A stretch of 62,952 nucleotides of DNA, counting the filler, from Octopus bimaculoides (lineage: Eukaryota), in the NCBI RefSeq assembly GCF_001194135.2. It is 7 parts of 7 records of this genome, joined end to end, with 100 filler letters (N's around TTAATTAATTAA, not from the genome) between each part and the next. Parts side by side here need not be neighbours in the genome. Positions count along the whole stretch, not along the records: positions 1 to 20,566 come from NC_068984.1; 6 more parts are not named here. One strand, written 5' to 3'. The notes beneath the pieces are model-generated. The model was not told the DNA's origin. It did no database searches and saw only the letters and a list, made by a program, of their open reading frames with translations. The position numbers and the translations under genes are program-made. Shown one piece after another: positions 1 to 12,949 of this stretch; position 1 is the stretch's first letter; each line of letters opens with the position of its first letter.

Positions 1-184
1 GCGGGTGACATGTAAAAGCACCCACTACACTCTCTGAGTGGTTGGCGTTAGGAAGGGCATCCAGCTGTAGAAACTCTGCCAAATCAGACTGGAGCCTGGT
101 GTTGCCATCCGGTTTCACCAGTCCTCAGTCAAATCGTCCAACCCATGCTAGCATGGAAAGCGGACGTTAAACGATGATGATGAT
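1..184 (+). mobile_element. 3' end of RTE-like LINE (or RTE-dependent SINE) with (GAT)n tail
   Basis: Motifs GTTAGGAAGGGCATCCAGCTGTAGAAAC and TCCAACCCATGCTAGCATGGAAAGCGGACGTTAAACGATGATGA. The same motifs terminate the RTE-like ORF at 4860-5040 and recur at 41483-41659. Confidence 0.75.
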
Positions 185-199
185 ATATATATATATGTG

Positions 200-1305
200 A
201 GATGAGGAGAATGAAAGGCTCCTGAAGTTTTTTGATGCAAGTGATCCAATAATTTATAATGCATACTTCAAGAAATACCTACCTGGTGAAACTAACCAAT
301 CACCTCATCACCTATCTGGCAAACACACAAGTCAAATAGATTTCATTCTCACCAGAAAATGGGAGAAAGAAAGAAATTTGCACATATCCTGCAATGAGGA
401 GATCAGTGGCATGAGATATTTGACAGTGCGTTAGCGAGAGCCAAAACATTCTGGGGAAGAAATGTATCCAAAAGAATGACAGTACACTCACCATTGAAAG
501 ACAAGAAAGTGGAATGAAAGCGCTGTTTTGAGAAGCTGTTGAGCATGGAGGGTGCATGGGTTAAAGAGATGCTACCTGATGCTTATCTTACAGAGAGACC
601 AGTAATTCAAGTTGACATCAGTATGATAGATAAAGCTATTTAGGACATGGAGACAGGGAGAGTTGCTGGACCATCAGGGATAGTTACAGAGATGTTCAAA
701 ATGTCTGGTGACATAGGGTACATGATAATCACTTGGTTGTATCATTATACTTAGCTGTATTATTATAAACTGCTACAAAAGCAATGGAGATGCCTCAAAG
801 AGAGAGAGAGAGATAATTATAAGGAAATCAAACTGCTGGATCAGATTATGAAGGTCACTGAGAAAGACATAGCACAAATGATTCATAACACAATATATGC
901 AGATGAGATGCACTTTGGCTTCATGCCCAGTAGAGCTACCATGGATGAAATTTTCCTAGTGAGGAAACTGCAAGAGAAATACTTGGTTAAGAGTAAACCA
1001 CTATTCCTGACATTTGTTACCTTAGAGAATGTCTTTGACTGGGTGCCATGCTCAGTAAGATGGAGGTGTCTAAGGAAATTAGGTGCACAGGAATGGCTTG
1101 TGAAAACTATACAAGCTATGTACAAAGTTGCAGTAGATAAAGTTAGAGTCAACAATGATTTCAGTGACAAATTTAGCATGAAAGTGGAGTAAGAGAGCAT
1201 CAAGGTTCAGTCCTCAGCCTTCTCCTATTCATTATAATCCAATAGGCCTTCACACAAGAGTTTCAGACTAACTATCAATGGGAACTCCTATATATTGATG
1301 ATTAT
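200..1305 (+). mobile_element. Degenerate RTE-clade LINE fragment (end of endonuclease plus part of reverse transcriptase)
   Basis: Broken frames give NEENERLL..F, SQIDFILTRK, NYKEIKLLDQIMKVTEK, QFGFMP-like HFGFMPSRATMDEIFLVRKLQEKY and WELLYIDD. Many stops and deletions. Confidence 0.85.
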
Positions 1306-2449
1306 GCAAGGAAATTTATTTTAATTTCTCTTTATGCCATTTACATTTGATTTTCTAGTTTCCTGTATTTTTAATCTTTTGTTTATTTTAAAAAAACCTT
1401 TCATACTTCTAATACCCTTTCTTCTTGGAATATTTATCAGTTCAAATATTCCTTTTTCAAGTAAATGAAAAAGTTTCTATTTAGTTCTTCAGTTTGCCCC
1501 AAAATAAATCCTCTACTTTTTTTAAAGACAAACCACAATTTTAATTAAAATGAAGTGATCACATTTAAAAATACTATTGGAATACTTCATTTCATCAGTT
1601 ATTCTCATACCATTAGTATTCTCAAGGAAAAATGATATGGGTTACCTAACAACAATATCTCTTTACCTAGAGACTTATCTATGTTTATTTTTATTTATCT
1701 ATTCCAGTCTGAGATCCATACTGACCAAATAAATTCGGTATAAACAACCAGCCAAGAGAGTGACAATTTCTATCCTCCTATCAGTGTTGCATTATCTCTT
1801 ACCAAGTCATTTAACTTTTATTAGTCCAGTCTAACTAGGTGCACACTGGTACCACAGAGTATAATAGCTTAATGATGTAAAATTGATAATTATCTTGTTA
1901 GCTTGTAGAATTGAATTCAGGTTCACTTTGCAGCTTGGACTCAGCTAAATCTGCAAATAATGTAATCCTTCTTTCAATTTTATCTCCCATAGTGAACTTG
2001 AAAATTAATTAAATTATTACATTTGCTTGCTTTATTAAGTATATTTTATTTGTTTATATTCCCTAATGTAATTCAGATACTTGATTGTATTTAGTCTTTC
2101 TAATTTGCATTTATCCACTTGAACACATTATAACTATAATTTATTATAGGAACAGCTGCCTTGACTACTTGTCTATCATTAAAGTGTCACTGCTGTGGTG
2201 AAGAAGTGACACTGTAATTGATTTATGCTGTATTGGCTTACAGTGCCTAGCTGAAAACATCCTGAGGACAATCCCAATGTAAGAAGGTGATGCAAAAAGA
2301 ACAACTGCTTCAGTATATAGCCACCTTGCACATCATATAGTTGATGAGCAAGACTTCTTAACAACTTTGAGAATGTTGCAGTCAAAAACAATGCAAAGAA
2401 GTTTGAGTACATGATCAGCAATGAAAATGAAGCATAGACAAGTTTTGCA

Positions 2450-5040
2450 AAGTGGAACTGCAACTATTATTTCTGCCTACACTCCTCAACCAGAACTATC
2501 TGATGAACAGAAAGATCAATTTTATGACACCTTCTTGCAGACTACCTTGTCAACAAATGACTGGTGACTTCAATAGACACGTTGGACAGCATCCTGATGA
2601 GAAAGAGGGAGACATAGGAACATATAACAGAGAATAATGGGACACTTACCAAATGTGTGGCTGGTGCAAAGTCCCTTCCAGATCTAGGGTGGTATGGTGG
2701 TGTAACAATGTAGAAAACAGGGTCATAAGAACAAAAGAAAAGGTCAGGAAGGAATGGAAGAGTGGTGGTAGAAGGAGGTTAGAAGACAGGTATATTGAGA
2801 CAGAGAAGCAGAAAGGAAGAAGTTTGCCAATTTTCTGTGGCGTGAAGACCAGAGGCTTGAGGTGTTTCAGATTGCAAGACTGTCAGAGAAAATCATGCTG
2901 TTGTAGGAGAGAAATGCATTCACATGGATGATGGTTCATTTGCACTTAGTGATTCTGCAAAGAAAGAGGCATGGAAATGCCACAACAAAAGGCTACTAAA
3001 TATTGAAAATGCATAGGAGAAGGAGAGTCTGCCCAATGTGGACCTAACAGAGGGACCAGCTATCTGAATTGACAGTAGCTTGGTAGATAAAGCAACTGAG
3101 AAAAACAGAGAAAGCTCCCAGCCCATCAGGAGTCACTGCTAGGATGCTTAAAATATTTGGTGGAGCTAGATATTGTCTAGTTATCCATATAGTTAATCAG
3201 GTTGCCCACGGTGGTGAGTCATACTCAATGACTGGTGTAGCAGCATTATAGTCAAGTGCCTTAGACAGAAATAATTACAGAGGTATCAAATTGCTGGACC
3301 AGGTCATGAAAGTTACAGAGAAATTCATAGCTCAACTAATTAGGAAGAGGATTAGCCTGGATGTGATGCAGTTTGGTTTTGTGCCAGGGAAAAGCAACAT
3401 TGATACTATTTACTTGTAAGGCAAAAGAATAAACCTACATACTTGGCTTTTGTAGACTTATTGACTTTGTCCTGCACTCTTTCATCTGGTGATCAATGTG
3501 GAAGCTAAAGATAGATGAGTGGTTTGTGAGAGCAGTACAAGCCATGTACGAGGATGCTGTCACTAAAAGGAAGGTCAGTAATGAGTATAATAATGAATTT
3601 AGTGTACAAGTAAGGGTTTACCAAGAGTTTACCAAGAATTTAGTGTACAAGTAAGAGTTTATCAGCCCCCTCTTATCATTGTCCTCCAGGTCATAACAGA
3701 GGACTTTAAAACTGATTGCCATTGGGAGCTCCTCTATGCTGATGACCTTGTTCTTATAGCTAAATCACTACCAGAATTAGAGAGGAAATTTCAAGTATGG
3801 AAGCAAGGTTTGGAATTTAAGGGCTTGAGTGTTAATTTAGCTAAGACCAAAATCCTAGTAAGAAAACAAACAAATCACAAATCCATTCAGGGAGATGGCC
3901 CTGCTTGATATGTAGATAAGGTATTGGTAGAAACTCCATATGGTACCCAGTGCAAGCTATGGACACATTAGAGGTGCAGCAGTATCATAGGAAGGTTAAG
4001 AGAGAAAGTAGTTTTTATGTGTAGCAGATGTGTGAGTACAGTAAACACTAAGAACGTACAGCAAACAGACTTCTTCAGATATCCAGGTGAGATCCTTGGA
4101 AGTGGTAGACAGCTTCCCTTAGCTAGGCAACCAAGTTAGCAGTAAAGGAGGAAGTGCAGAAAGTGTAGTTGCTAAAATAAGGACAGTGGGCAAAGTTCAT
4201 AGAGTTACTACCTTTGCTGGTAACAAAGGGCCTCTCCCTAAGAGTGAAAGGTAGATTGTAAGATGCCCATGTATGTACAACTATGCTACATAGTAGTGAA
4301 ACATGGCCTATGACTACAGAGAACATGCAAAGGCTTGAAAGAAATGAAGCAAGCATGCTCTACTGGAAGGTTTGTGTCAGTGTGCATGTACAACAGAGTG
4401 TGAAGGATTTAAGAGAAAAATTGGGTATAAGAAGCATCAGTTGTAGTATGCAAGAGAGAAAACTGGGCTGGTTTAGTCATGTGATACATATGGATGAGGA
4501 CAGCTGCAGAAAGAAGTGCCAATCTCTCATTGTGAAGGGAACCTGTGGAAGAGGTAGACTCAGGAAGACGTGAGATAAAGTGGTGTGAAAGGATCTTCTG
4601 ATACTGAGCCTCACAGAGATGACAAGGGACCAAGACTTCGGGTGCTTTGCTGTGCTTGAGAAGACACATCAAGCTAAGTAAAATCGTAGCCATCCATACA
4701 TACAGGCATGTGCTTTACAGCCACAATTCCCATGCCTCTTCTCAACTGAGAAGTCCTTGTCTTAAAAGCAAATAATAGCACCTGTGCTGGTGCCACATAA
4801 TAACACCTGTGCTGGTGCCACATAAGAGCACCTATGCTGATACCACGTTAAAGTACCCAGTTCACTTTGTAAAGTGGTTGGCATTAGGAAGCACATCTAG
4901 TCATAGAAATAATGCTAAAACAGACAATCAGAGCCTGAGCAGCTCTCTGGCCAGCCAGTTCCTGTCAAGCCATCCAACCCATGCCAGTATGGAAAACAGA
5001 TATTAAATGATGATGATGATGGTGACAATGATAGTGATGG
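2450..5040 (+). mobile_element. Degenerate, internally deleted RTE-clade LINE running from endonuclease through RT and C-terminus to 3' UTR and (GAT)n tail
   Basis: Motifs in order: AYTPQPELSDEQKDQFYD, NYRGIKLLDQVMKVTE, QFGFVPGKS, WELLYADDL, LHSSETWPMTTENMQRLERNEASML, GRGRLRKT. These are followed by the shared RTE 3' end. Confidence 0.9.
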
Positions 5041-5094
5041 CAGCAGTAGCAGTGATAACAACAATGATGACGATGATGATGTCTTGGGTTCTAC

Positions 5095-5370
5095 TTTGCT
5101 GACAGTAAGAAAGACATTTTGACATACAAGGGTGTAGCCTGGAGTGCTTGTAACAAGCTTCAAAACATCTGGCAATCAAGCATTTCAAAATCAACATGGC
5201 TGGTTTTTCTTCAGGGCATGTGTAAAGAGAATTCTCCTCTATGGACCTGAAACTTGGACTATGCAGAAGAAGCTTGATAGAATATACACCAGGCTTCTCA
5301 TGAAAGGTTAGAACCTTTCTTGACATGAACACATGACCAAAAATTTATAGGCACATTCTGCTCATCACTA
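5095..5370 (+). mobile_element. LINE C-terminal fragment (RTE-like, different subfamily)
   Basis: Frameshifted peptide AWSACNKLQNIW..FFRACVKRILLYGPETWTMQKKLDRIYTRLL; LLYGxETW is typical of the post-RT region. Confidence 0.7.
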
Positions 5371-6277
5371 GTATTGTTACTCAATGTTGAGTAGGCTTTG
5401 CTAGCTGCTGCTATCAAGTCATATCAGATGTTATCTTTTGGAGATTTCTGTGCCTCAATATAAAACAAAATCCATTCAACTTGTTATTAGCAGAGACATA
5501 CAACATGAACTTGAGGACAATGGAGGGTAGAGATTCCTGGTGTGATGTAGTGAAATGCAACTTGCTAGAAAGAAGTAGGATAGATACCTAGCAATTCATT
5601 CTGGTTATCAATTTTGTCTAAAATGTCTTTTGTTCTCTGTTCTAATTTTTCTACATTAGTTTTAGATAATATTTAAATGATTTTTCTTGATTTAGTTCAG
5701 AGGTATTTTATTCCTTACCTCATATTTTCTTTTTGTTTTTGCATGAGTTTTTTTTTTTCTTTTTTTGGTTATGGTATATTTTTCTAAATATATTTTCATA
5801 TGAATATCCTGTTCTGCATAGGACATTCCCATAAAGATCATCACATTAATGTCATCCATAAATGCAAGAAAAATTATTATCTCCAAAAGTCCTGTTTAGT
5901 GTATTTCTTAAAGTTGTTATCACTTGAAAGGAGACAAACAAGGAAATTGAGTCTCCTTGAGATATTTCCCTCAGAATGAGGATTGGTTTCTTGAAATAGT
6001 TCTTTGTTTAGATGTGTGAAGTACTTTCCTTTTTTTCTTCATGACATTTTTTATACTTGCATATTATTAGCACTAATTTGGCCATTGTCCATGTTTTCAG
6101 AATTTAAAACCATGTACGTCATAAAAGGCTCTCTGATGATTAATACATATTATGTAACTAAGAATTTTTTTTTTATAAAATGAAACTTCAAAAATAGTAT
6201 TGTCAGTATCATTAATTTGCAGCCCCAGAAATAATTCCAGCAACCAAAGTGTTCTTCTGACAAAATACTTTATATTA

Positions 6278-6318
<41 letters not shown>

Positions 6319-6564
6319 CGCGTGCATGCATGGATTTGTGCAAAATTCCTAAGAAGGTTGTAAGTAGCAAATTTGTTGGCCTGAAATTCCTGAAGTCTGC
6401 AAGTATTGTTCTGTGTTCTTTGACAAAGTTAATTATTTTAGCAATTAGTTTTTGACAACTTACTAAGTGTTACATCTAGATATTTGATATTATGTCATGA
6501 TCAAGAAAGCATCCTGTTGTTGATGCATTCTAGTTTCAAGGTTACTTTCTACATTATTTTATGA

Positions 6565-6925
6565 TATATCTTTGATTGTCTCCCCAGCACTTATTAAGTC
6601 TTTTACTTAATTTATTACTCTATTTTCCTGAGCTGTTATCTTATGGGGACATAAACAAACCCACACCAGTTGTCAAGCAGTGGGTAAGGGCAGCTACACA
6701 CACACACACACGCACATGCACACACACACACATTCACACAGACACACACACACTCACACACACAACAAGCTTCCAGAGTTTCTGTCAACCAGATTGACTC
6801 ACACAGCATTGGTCAGTCCAGGGCTATAATAGAAGACACTTGCCCAAACTGCTGCACAGTGGGACTGAACCTGAAGCCATATGGTTGCAAAAATGAGCTT
6901 CTTAACTGCACAGTCATACCTATAC
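6565..6925 (-). mobile_element. SINE family B (tRNA-like head, central CA/GT microsatellite)
   Basis: Minus strand reads GGTTCAGGTTCAGTCCCACTGTGCAGCAGTTTGGGCAAGTGTCTTCTATTATAGCC; matches the plus-strand copy at 22138-22320. Confidence 0.75.
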
Positions 6926-7159
6926 CAATATATTTAACTCTATTTCTCTATCTTTTCATATACAATCTTTTATAACTTTCCATCTGTCCCACAAACCATT
7001 GGGCTGTAGTGGTAGCACTGCAGGCTTCATCTTCATGATGTGTCACAAGAACAAGTCAACTTGACAAGAACCATTTTTCTTCAAGCCATATTTATGGAAA
7101 GACTTGAATTCAGCATTACAAATGCATGAAGCACATCAATTTTCCAGTGACCTTTCTAC

Positions 7160-7488
7160 TTGTAACATGAACTGTATTATTGTGGTACCTACTTGCAGTT
7201 TGGTGGACTGACTCATTGTCTTGATATGTAAAGTTAAGTAAAGTTTTCCTTCTTGAATCATACTGACTCATAAGGACCAGTTTCCTGGTTTCCATGGTGT
7301 ATATACTCCTCAAATGGATGGGACGCCAGTCCATCTCAGGATCATTCATTTTTGCCAGCTGAGTGAACTGGAGCAACGTGAACTGAAGTGTTTTGCTCAA
7401 GAACACAATGTGTTGCTTAGTCCGGGAATCAAAACTACAATCTTACAACCATGAGTCCGACACCCTAACCGCTAAGCCACATGCCTCC
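7160..7488 (-). mobile_element. tRNA-derived SINE (family C) with conserved central domain
   Basis: Minus strand has A-box-like GTGGCTTAGCGGTTAGG, a degenerate B box, then GTGTTCTTGAGCAAAACACTTCAGTTCACGTTGCTCCA, which is shared with 57445-57710. Confidence 0.7.
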
Positions 7489-8522
7489 ACTGTCTTGACA
7501 TGGGTACACTTTCATGCTAATAACAAACTGATCATTTGCAACTATCATCTTCCATATAATATCCTATACTTATTTTTCATTTGTTGTCTATGTAGAGTTG
7601 CTAGCCAAGATGAGAAAATGTCAATCTGCCAGCTGAAGTGTTGCCCAATCAGTGCCCTTCACCAGTGATGGACTGCATCTATGAACACATTTGTCCAATC
7701 TATAGCTACTATATGGAACTTCTAATGGTATCTATATTCAGTAGGGGCACTGTATAATAAATAAATATGTCATTTAAGTTGAAAGTGCAAAATCCTAGCA
7801 TGTGTTTAGCTAGAAAACATAACCTCATAAAATCAATAAGAACTTAATGTCAGTCTTTGATTAAATGAGCATCTAATTGGGAAATAACAAGTAGTTATTA
7901 TTTATTGATGGATTTGACAAACTGATTGATGGTTGGTATCTATTTTGATTTTATTCAATTCCTAAAATAATTGTTTTAGAAAGCATTTAGTTTGATATAT
8001 ATAGTCCAAAGCTTGACCTATTGTATGTGGAAACCACCAAAACATACATTAGCTTCATCACACTATTTGATTCAAATGTTCTGAGTTTGAAGTTGGTTTT
8101 ATTTTTTATTTGATTTATTTATTTATTTATTACAGTGTATTTATTTTAAATTTTTAACCTTCCAGGCGAAGTTATAGTCAATAAACTGAGGCTAATTCAA
8201 TTGGTAATATATCACTGCTTAGCAAAAATTATCATTATATTTAACCAAATGTAATCATCATTGTCTATCCATCCATCCATCTTTTCTACCCAATATTCTT
8301 GAGATGGTCATGGAGACACCTCCTCCATAGAGTCTTATCAAAAACAGCCATCACTAGACTTCCCAACTGGTTCCCCATTTTGTTTTTTGGGCCCTAAGGT
8401 CTCCTACTAGTTGGCTCGGCTTGAAGGATCTGTCTTGAAATTCTTGCCAGCAACACTCTTATTCATATTCTTATTCTTATTCTTCTTATAATAATAATAA
8501 TAATAATAATTAGTAGTAGTAT

Positions 8523-8597
<75 letters not shown>

Positions 8598-8818
8598 AAG
8601 TTGTTAGGCAGTGAGCTGGCAGAATCATTAGCATGCTGGACGAAATGCTTAGCAGTATTTCGTTTGTCACCATGTTCTGAGTTCAAATTCCGCCAAGGTC
8701 ACCTTTGCCTTTCATCCTTCTGGGGTTGATAAATTAAGTACCAGTTGTATACTGAGGTTGATCTAATTGACTGGCTCTCTTCCCCCAAATTTCAGGCCTT
8801 GTGCCTATAATAGTAAGG

Positions 8819-8889
<71 letters not shown>

Positions 8890-9269
8890 CATCAGGTGGT
8901 GAGCAGGCAAAATTGTTAATGTATCAGGTAAAATGCTTAGCTGCATTGCTTCCAGCTCTTTACATTCTGAGTTAGAATTTTGCTGAGGTCAACTTTGCCA
9001 TTCACCTTTTCAAAGGTGATAACTAAGTACCAGTTGAGCACTGGTGTTAATGTAATTAAATTCTCCCCTGAAAATTTCTGGCCTTGTGCCAAAATTAGAA
9101 AGAACTATTATTATTATTATTATTATTATGGTGGTGAGCTGACTGAATCGTTAGCATGCTGGGTGAAATGCTTAGCAGTATTTCATCCATTCTTATGTTC
9201 TGAGTTCAAATTCCACCGAGGTCAACTTTGCCTTTCATCCTCTCGGGGTTGATGAAATAAGTACAAGTT

Positions 9270-9670
9270 ACACATTACACTGTGTTCTCCTTTGTTTACA
9301 ATCTTGCATTACCATTTTGTCTATCAATAATTGATCTTTGGTACCTCTGCATCTCTTTCTACAGCCTTTTTGTTCTGGCAGTAATATATCGTTTTCATCA
9401 AGATATTTGTACAGTTCTTCTGCAATTCCTCCTGACAGTAACTTCCACATTAATGAGAGGTAAGAAATTGGTCTGTAATTGTTACTAGCATTTCCCTTTG
9501 ATGTATCCTTCAGACACAACACCATTCGTCTTTTTGTTAACTAGCTCAGGATTTCTTCTTTTCCATTGATCAATGCATTAAATTGCTCTGCGATCAATTT
9601 ATAGCAACTACCAAACTTTTTTATCCAACACCCCTGTACACCATCAGATCCTGCTACTTTCCAATTGCTT
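9270..9670 (-). mobile_element. R4/Dong-type non-LTR retrotransposon RT fragment
   Basis: Peptide SNWKVAGSDGVQGCWIK...[15 protein letters not shown]...[20 protein letters not shown] covers the N-terminal RT motifs. Abuts (ATT)n. Confidence 0.85.
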
Positions 9671-9697
9671 ATCATTATTATTATTATTATTATTATT

Positions 9698-10269
9698 GAA
9701 TGAGAGAGTTGTGCATGCTATCAAAGTGACACTGCGGTTAAATATATGAAACCCAACATACCTATCAAGACTACCCGTCTGATAAGGGTACACCAGGCAC
9801 ATGCATCACAACCATATGTGCGTGACATGATGATCTCATACTAAAATAAACAGCACATGACCTTGCAGGTGAGGCCCAGTTAGAATTTTCTTCAGGTCAA
9901 GTTGCCCATCCTACTCAAAAGTTCCTTGAATAAGGCTTGTTTAAGGATATTGAACGAAACACCCATGTTTCCAGAGGAAAAATTATCCAAACCCTCTCAA
10001 AACATAGTTATGATGCTCCCCCACTACTTCTGCTCATGATCAGAGATGCACATATTGTCAGCCACTAAGGGACATGCTCAAATGGTTACGGTCAAACAAC
10101 TGACGAGCAAATCTGTGGTATTGAGCAGAATATTTGCTGTAGCCCATCTTTCATACCAAGACAAAAGAATGTACATGATAACACATCTAATCAGTTAAGA
10201 TAAGAAGCCATGAGAGCCACTGTCTAGTACTGCATCAGGGCATAACCACTGTCTGGTACTGCATCAGGG

Positions 10270-10272
<3 letters not shown>
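9698..10272 (+). mobile_element. Non-coding interspersed element of about 570 bp (family F) embedded in (ATT)n
   Basis: A second copy at 36105-36583 (minus) has the same 5' boundary. Both are flanked by ATT/AAT tracts. A 27-nt 3'-terminal duplication lies at 10217-10272. Confidence 0.8.
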
Positions 10273-10303
<31 letters not shown>

Positions 10304-10740
10304 GCAGTAATATAAAAGAAATCATTATTATTATTATTATTGCAGTATTTCTTCTGATTCTTTAAGTTCTGAGTCCAAATTCCACCAAGGTCAACTTTGC
10401 CTTTACATCTCTCTGCAGTAAATTAAAAAAAAAAAGAACATATTAGTTAAATCCTGAGCTTTATGTAATAAACTTGTCCCCTCCCCTCTCCTCAAAATGG
10501 TGGTCTTGTGCCAAAATTTGAATATCTATTATTATTATTTATTTATTTATTTATTTCACCTGTCACTACATTCTGAGTTCAAATTTCCATCGAAGTCAAC
10601 TTTGTCTTTCATCCTTTTGGGGTCGATAAAATAAGTATCAGATGAACACTGGGGTCGATGTTATCGACTTATCCCCTCCCCAAAAATTGCTGCCCTTGAG
10701 GCAAAATTTGAAACCATTATCATCATCATCATCATCATTA

Positions 10741-10782
<42 letters not shown>

Positions 10783-10986
10783 CGCCCATTGCTACATTCT
10801 GAGTTCAAATTCCATCGAGGTCAACTTTGCCTTACATCCTTTCTGGGTTGATAAATTAAGTACCAGTGAAACACTGGCGTCAATGTGATCGACTAGTCCA
10901 CTTCCCCGAAATTTCAAGCCCTGTGCCTGTAGTAGAAAGGATTGGTGGTGGTGGTGGTCGTCGTGGTGGTGGTGGTGTTGTTGTTG

Positions 10987-11018
<32 letters not shown>

Positions 11019-12933
11019 GTTATTATTATTGTTGTTATTATTATTATTAAGGAAGTGAACTAAGGTGGTGAGCTGGCTGAATCAGCATTTTGTCTGTCTT
11101 TACATTCTCAGTTCAAATTCCGCTGAGGTTGATTTTGCCTTTCATCCTTTTGGTGTTGATAAAATAAGAAGCAGTTGAAAACTAGGGTCAATTTAATTGA
11201 CTTAGCCTCTCTACCAAACCTGCTGACCTCGTACCAAAATTTAAAAACATTATTGAGGTGAACTGATAGAATTGTTATCACACCAGATAAAATACTTAGC
11301 AATAGTTCTTCTGACTCTTTACATTCTGAGTTCAAATTCCACCAAGGTTGGCTTTATGTGTCATCCTTTCAGGTACTTTATTTTTAAGCTGGTAAGTGAC
11401 AGAATGAACAGTGTGTTTAGTTACATCCTTTTGCATTCTAAATTCAAATTCTGCCAAAGTTAACTTTACCATTCTTTCTCCCCGTATAAGTATCATTCAA
11501 GTACTGTTATCAACTGAATTGGTTATACTTCTTCCCTAATGTGTGCAGCTTTGTGCTTATGCTTATTTATGAACTTGTAAAAATGACATACAGTATTTAG
11601 ATTCATGCATCTACATTTTATAAACGCAAATCCTGCCAAGGTCAACTTTGCTTTTCATTTCTCACTTTCTCTCTCAGGTCAATAAAATAGGTAATTACAG
11701 TTCTCTTCCTCAACAGACTTGCAATACAGTCTTAAGAAACTGTTCAAAATTTGGTTTCACTTCCAATTTGGACCTATTTTCTTTGAGTTGAGTATAGAGT
11801 GGACAGAAGCAGTACAAAAGTCTGAAAGAGGACGGTACTTATTCTTGAATAGTAGATGTATGGAATTTGTTGCCCATTCGAGCACCACTACTTTCACCAC
11901 CTTGCCCCCCGAGTGCCTTTAGCGGATTTGACTGTAGGTCCCTGATTTGAGAATAACTTAGGCGTTGTGGTTTATTCCTTCCCCCCCCCCCTCATACACA
12001 CAAATCTCGGAAGTCCTGCAATTAAGTCATAGGTGCCAGCCTTACTCCTAAGGCATAATTTTGTTTTTCAATACCATAGGAAAAGCTCTGAATGGGGTAC
12101 CTTCCGATTTATACTCCACCAAAATTCAAAATCTCCCTTATATATATAACAAATCAATATCAGCCTTTCCTCCCTTCCTCCCTTTATTAGTTGCCACCAC
12201 TTAAAGAAATCTGCTTCCTTCGATGATCGGCTATGTTAATTATTTGTTGATGTTAGTATTGCAAATATCAAATCAACAAGTAGAGTTAGTGGTAGTAGTG
12301 GCTGTCTAGCTGCATGTCGAATTAAAACAATATTAAGAGCTTTTCAAGACATAGTGACGTTCGTAATAATAGCATCCACAACAGTACGTATTTTCAAGTA
12401 AACAGATTGCTCATTTAAAGCTTATATATGTCATTTTTTTAAAAAAAATTTACATTATTAAAGATAGGATTATATTAGAAAATATACAAAGCTAAAGGAT
12501 TTAAAATTGTATTCGTCAACTAAATTCATAACGTTACACAAGTTTAATAACCAGAAAGTTGTACTTTCGAAAAATTGTAATTTTGGAAATGATTATTGAA
12601 TAGAGAGAGGAAAAAGAAATAATTGCAGTAAATATACAGCGTCACCGACACTCTCAGCAAGAAATATTTTTATCTGAAGCTGTTCATTGAACGTTTCCTT
12701 CTATTCTTTCTATCCACAACAAAGCAAACAAGATCAAGCGTTTAAACCTTCTGCACTAGCCTATTCAATTTATTACAGATCAAAAGAAGGAAGGCTATTG
12801 CTGCCACTAGAGAAAGAAAAAGACGTCAAGCATTGAACAGCCTTAAATAGCTATCAGATAAGAGATACAGTTACTGTATTCTATGAACCGATTGCGGTCA
12901 GTTCCTTAAACGTGACTATAAACCCAAAGTAGC

Positions 12934-12949
12934 ACTTCCTGTGACGTCA
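12934..12949. promoter_or_regulatory. Abutting ETS-like (ACTTCCTG) and perfect CRE (TGACGTCA) motifs; candidate promoter
   Basis: Motifs read directly from the sequence, in a CpG-retaining and largely repeat-free segment. No transcript evidence. Confidence 0.3.

Larger units (their letters stand above)
8606..11700 (+). mobile_element. Head-to-tail pile-up of about 10 copies of SINE family A separated by (ATT)n-type tails
   Basis: Core TTCTGAGTTCAAATTCC(A/G)CC(A/G)AGGTCAACTTTGCCTTTCATCC recurs near 8675, 8965, 9197, 10367, 10572, 10795, 11104, 11324, 11435 and 11628. Confidence 0.9.
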
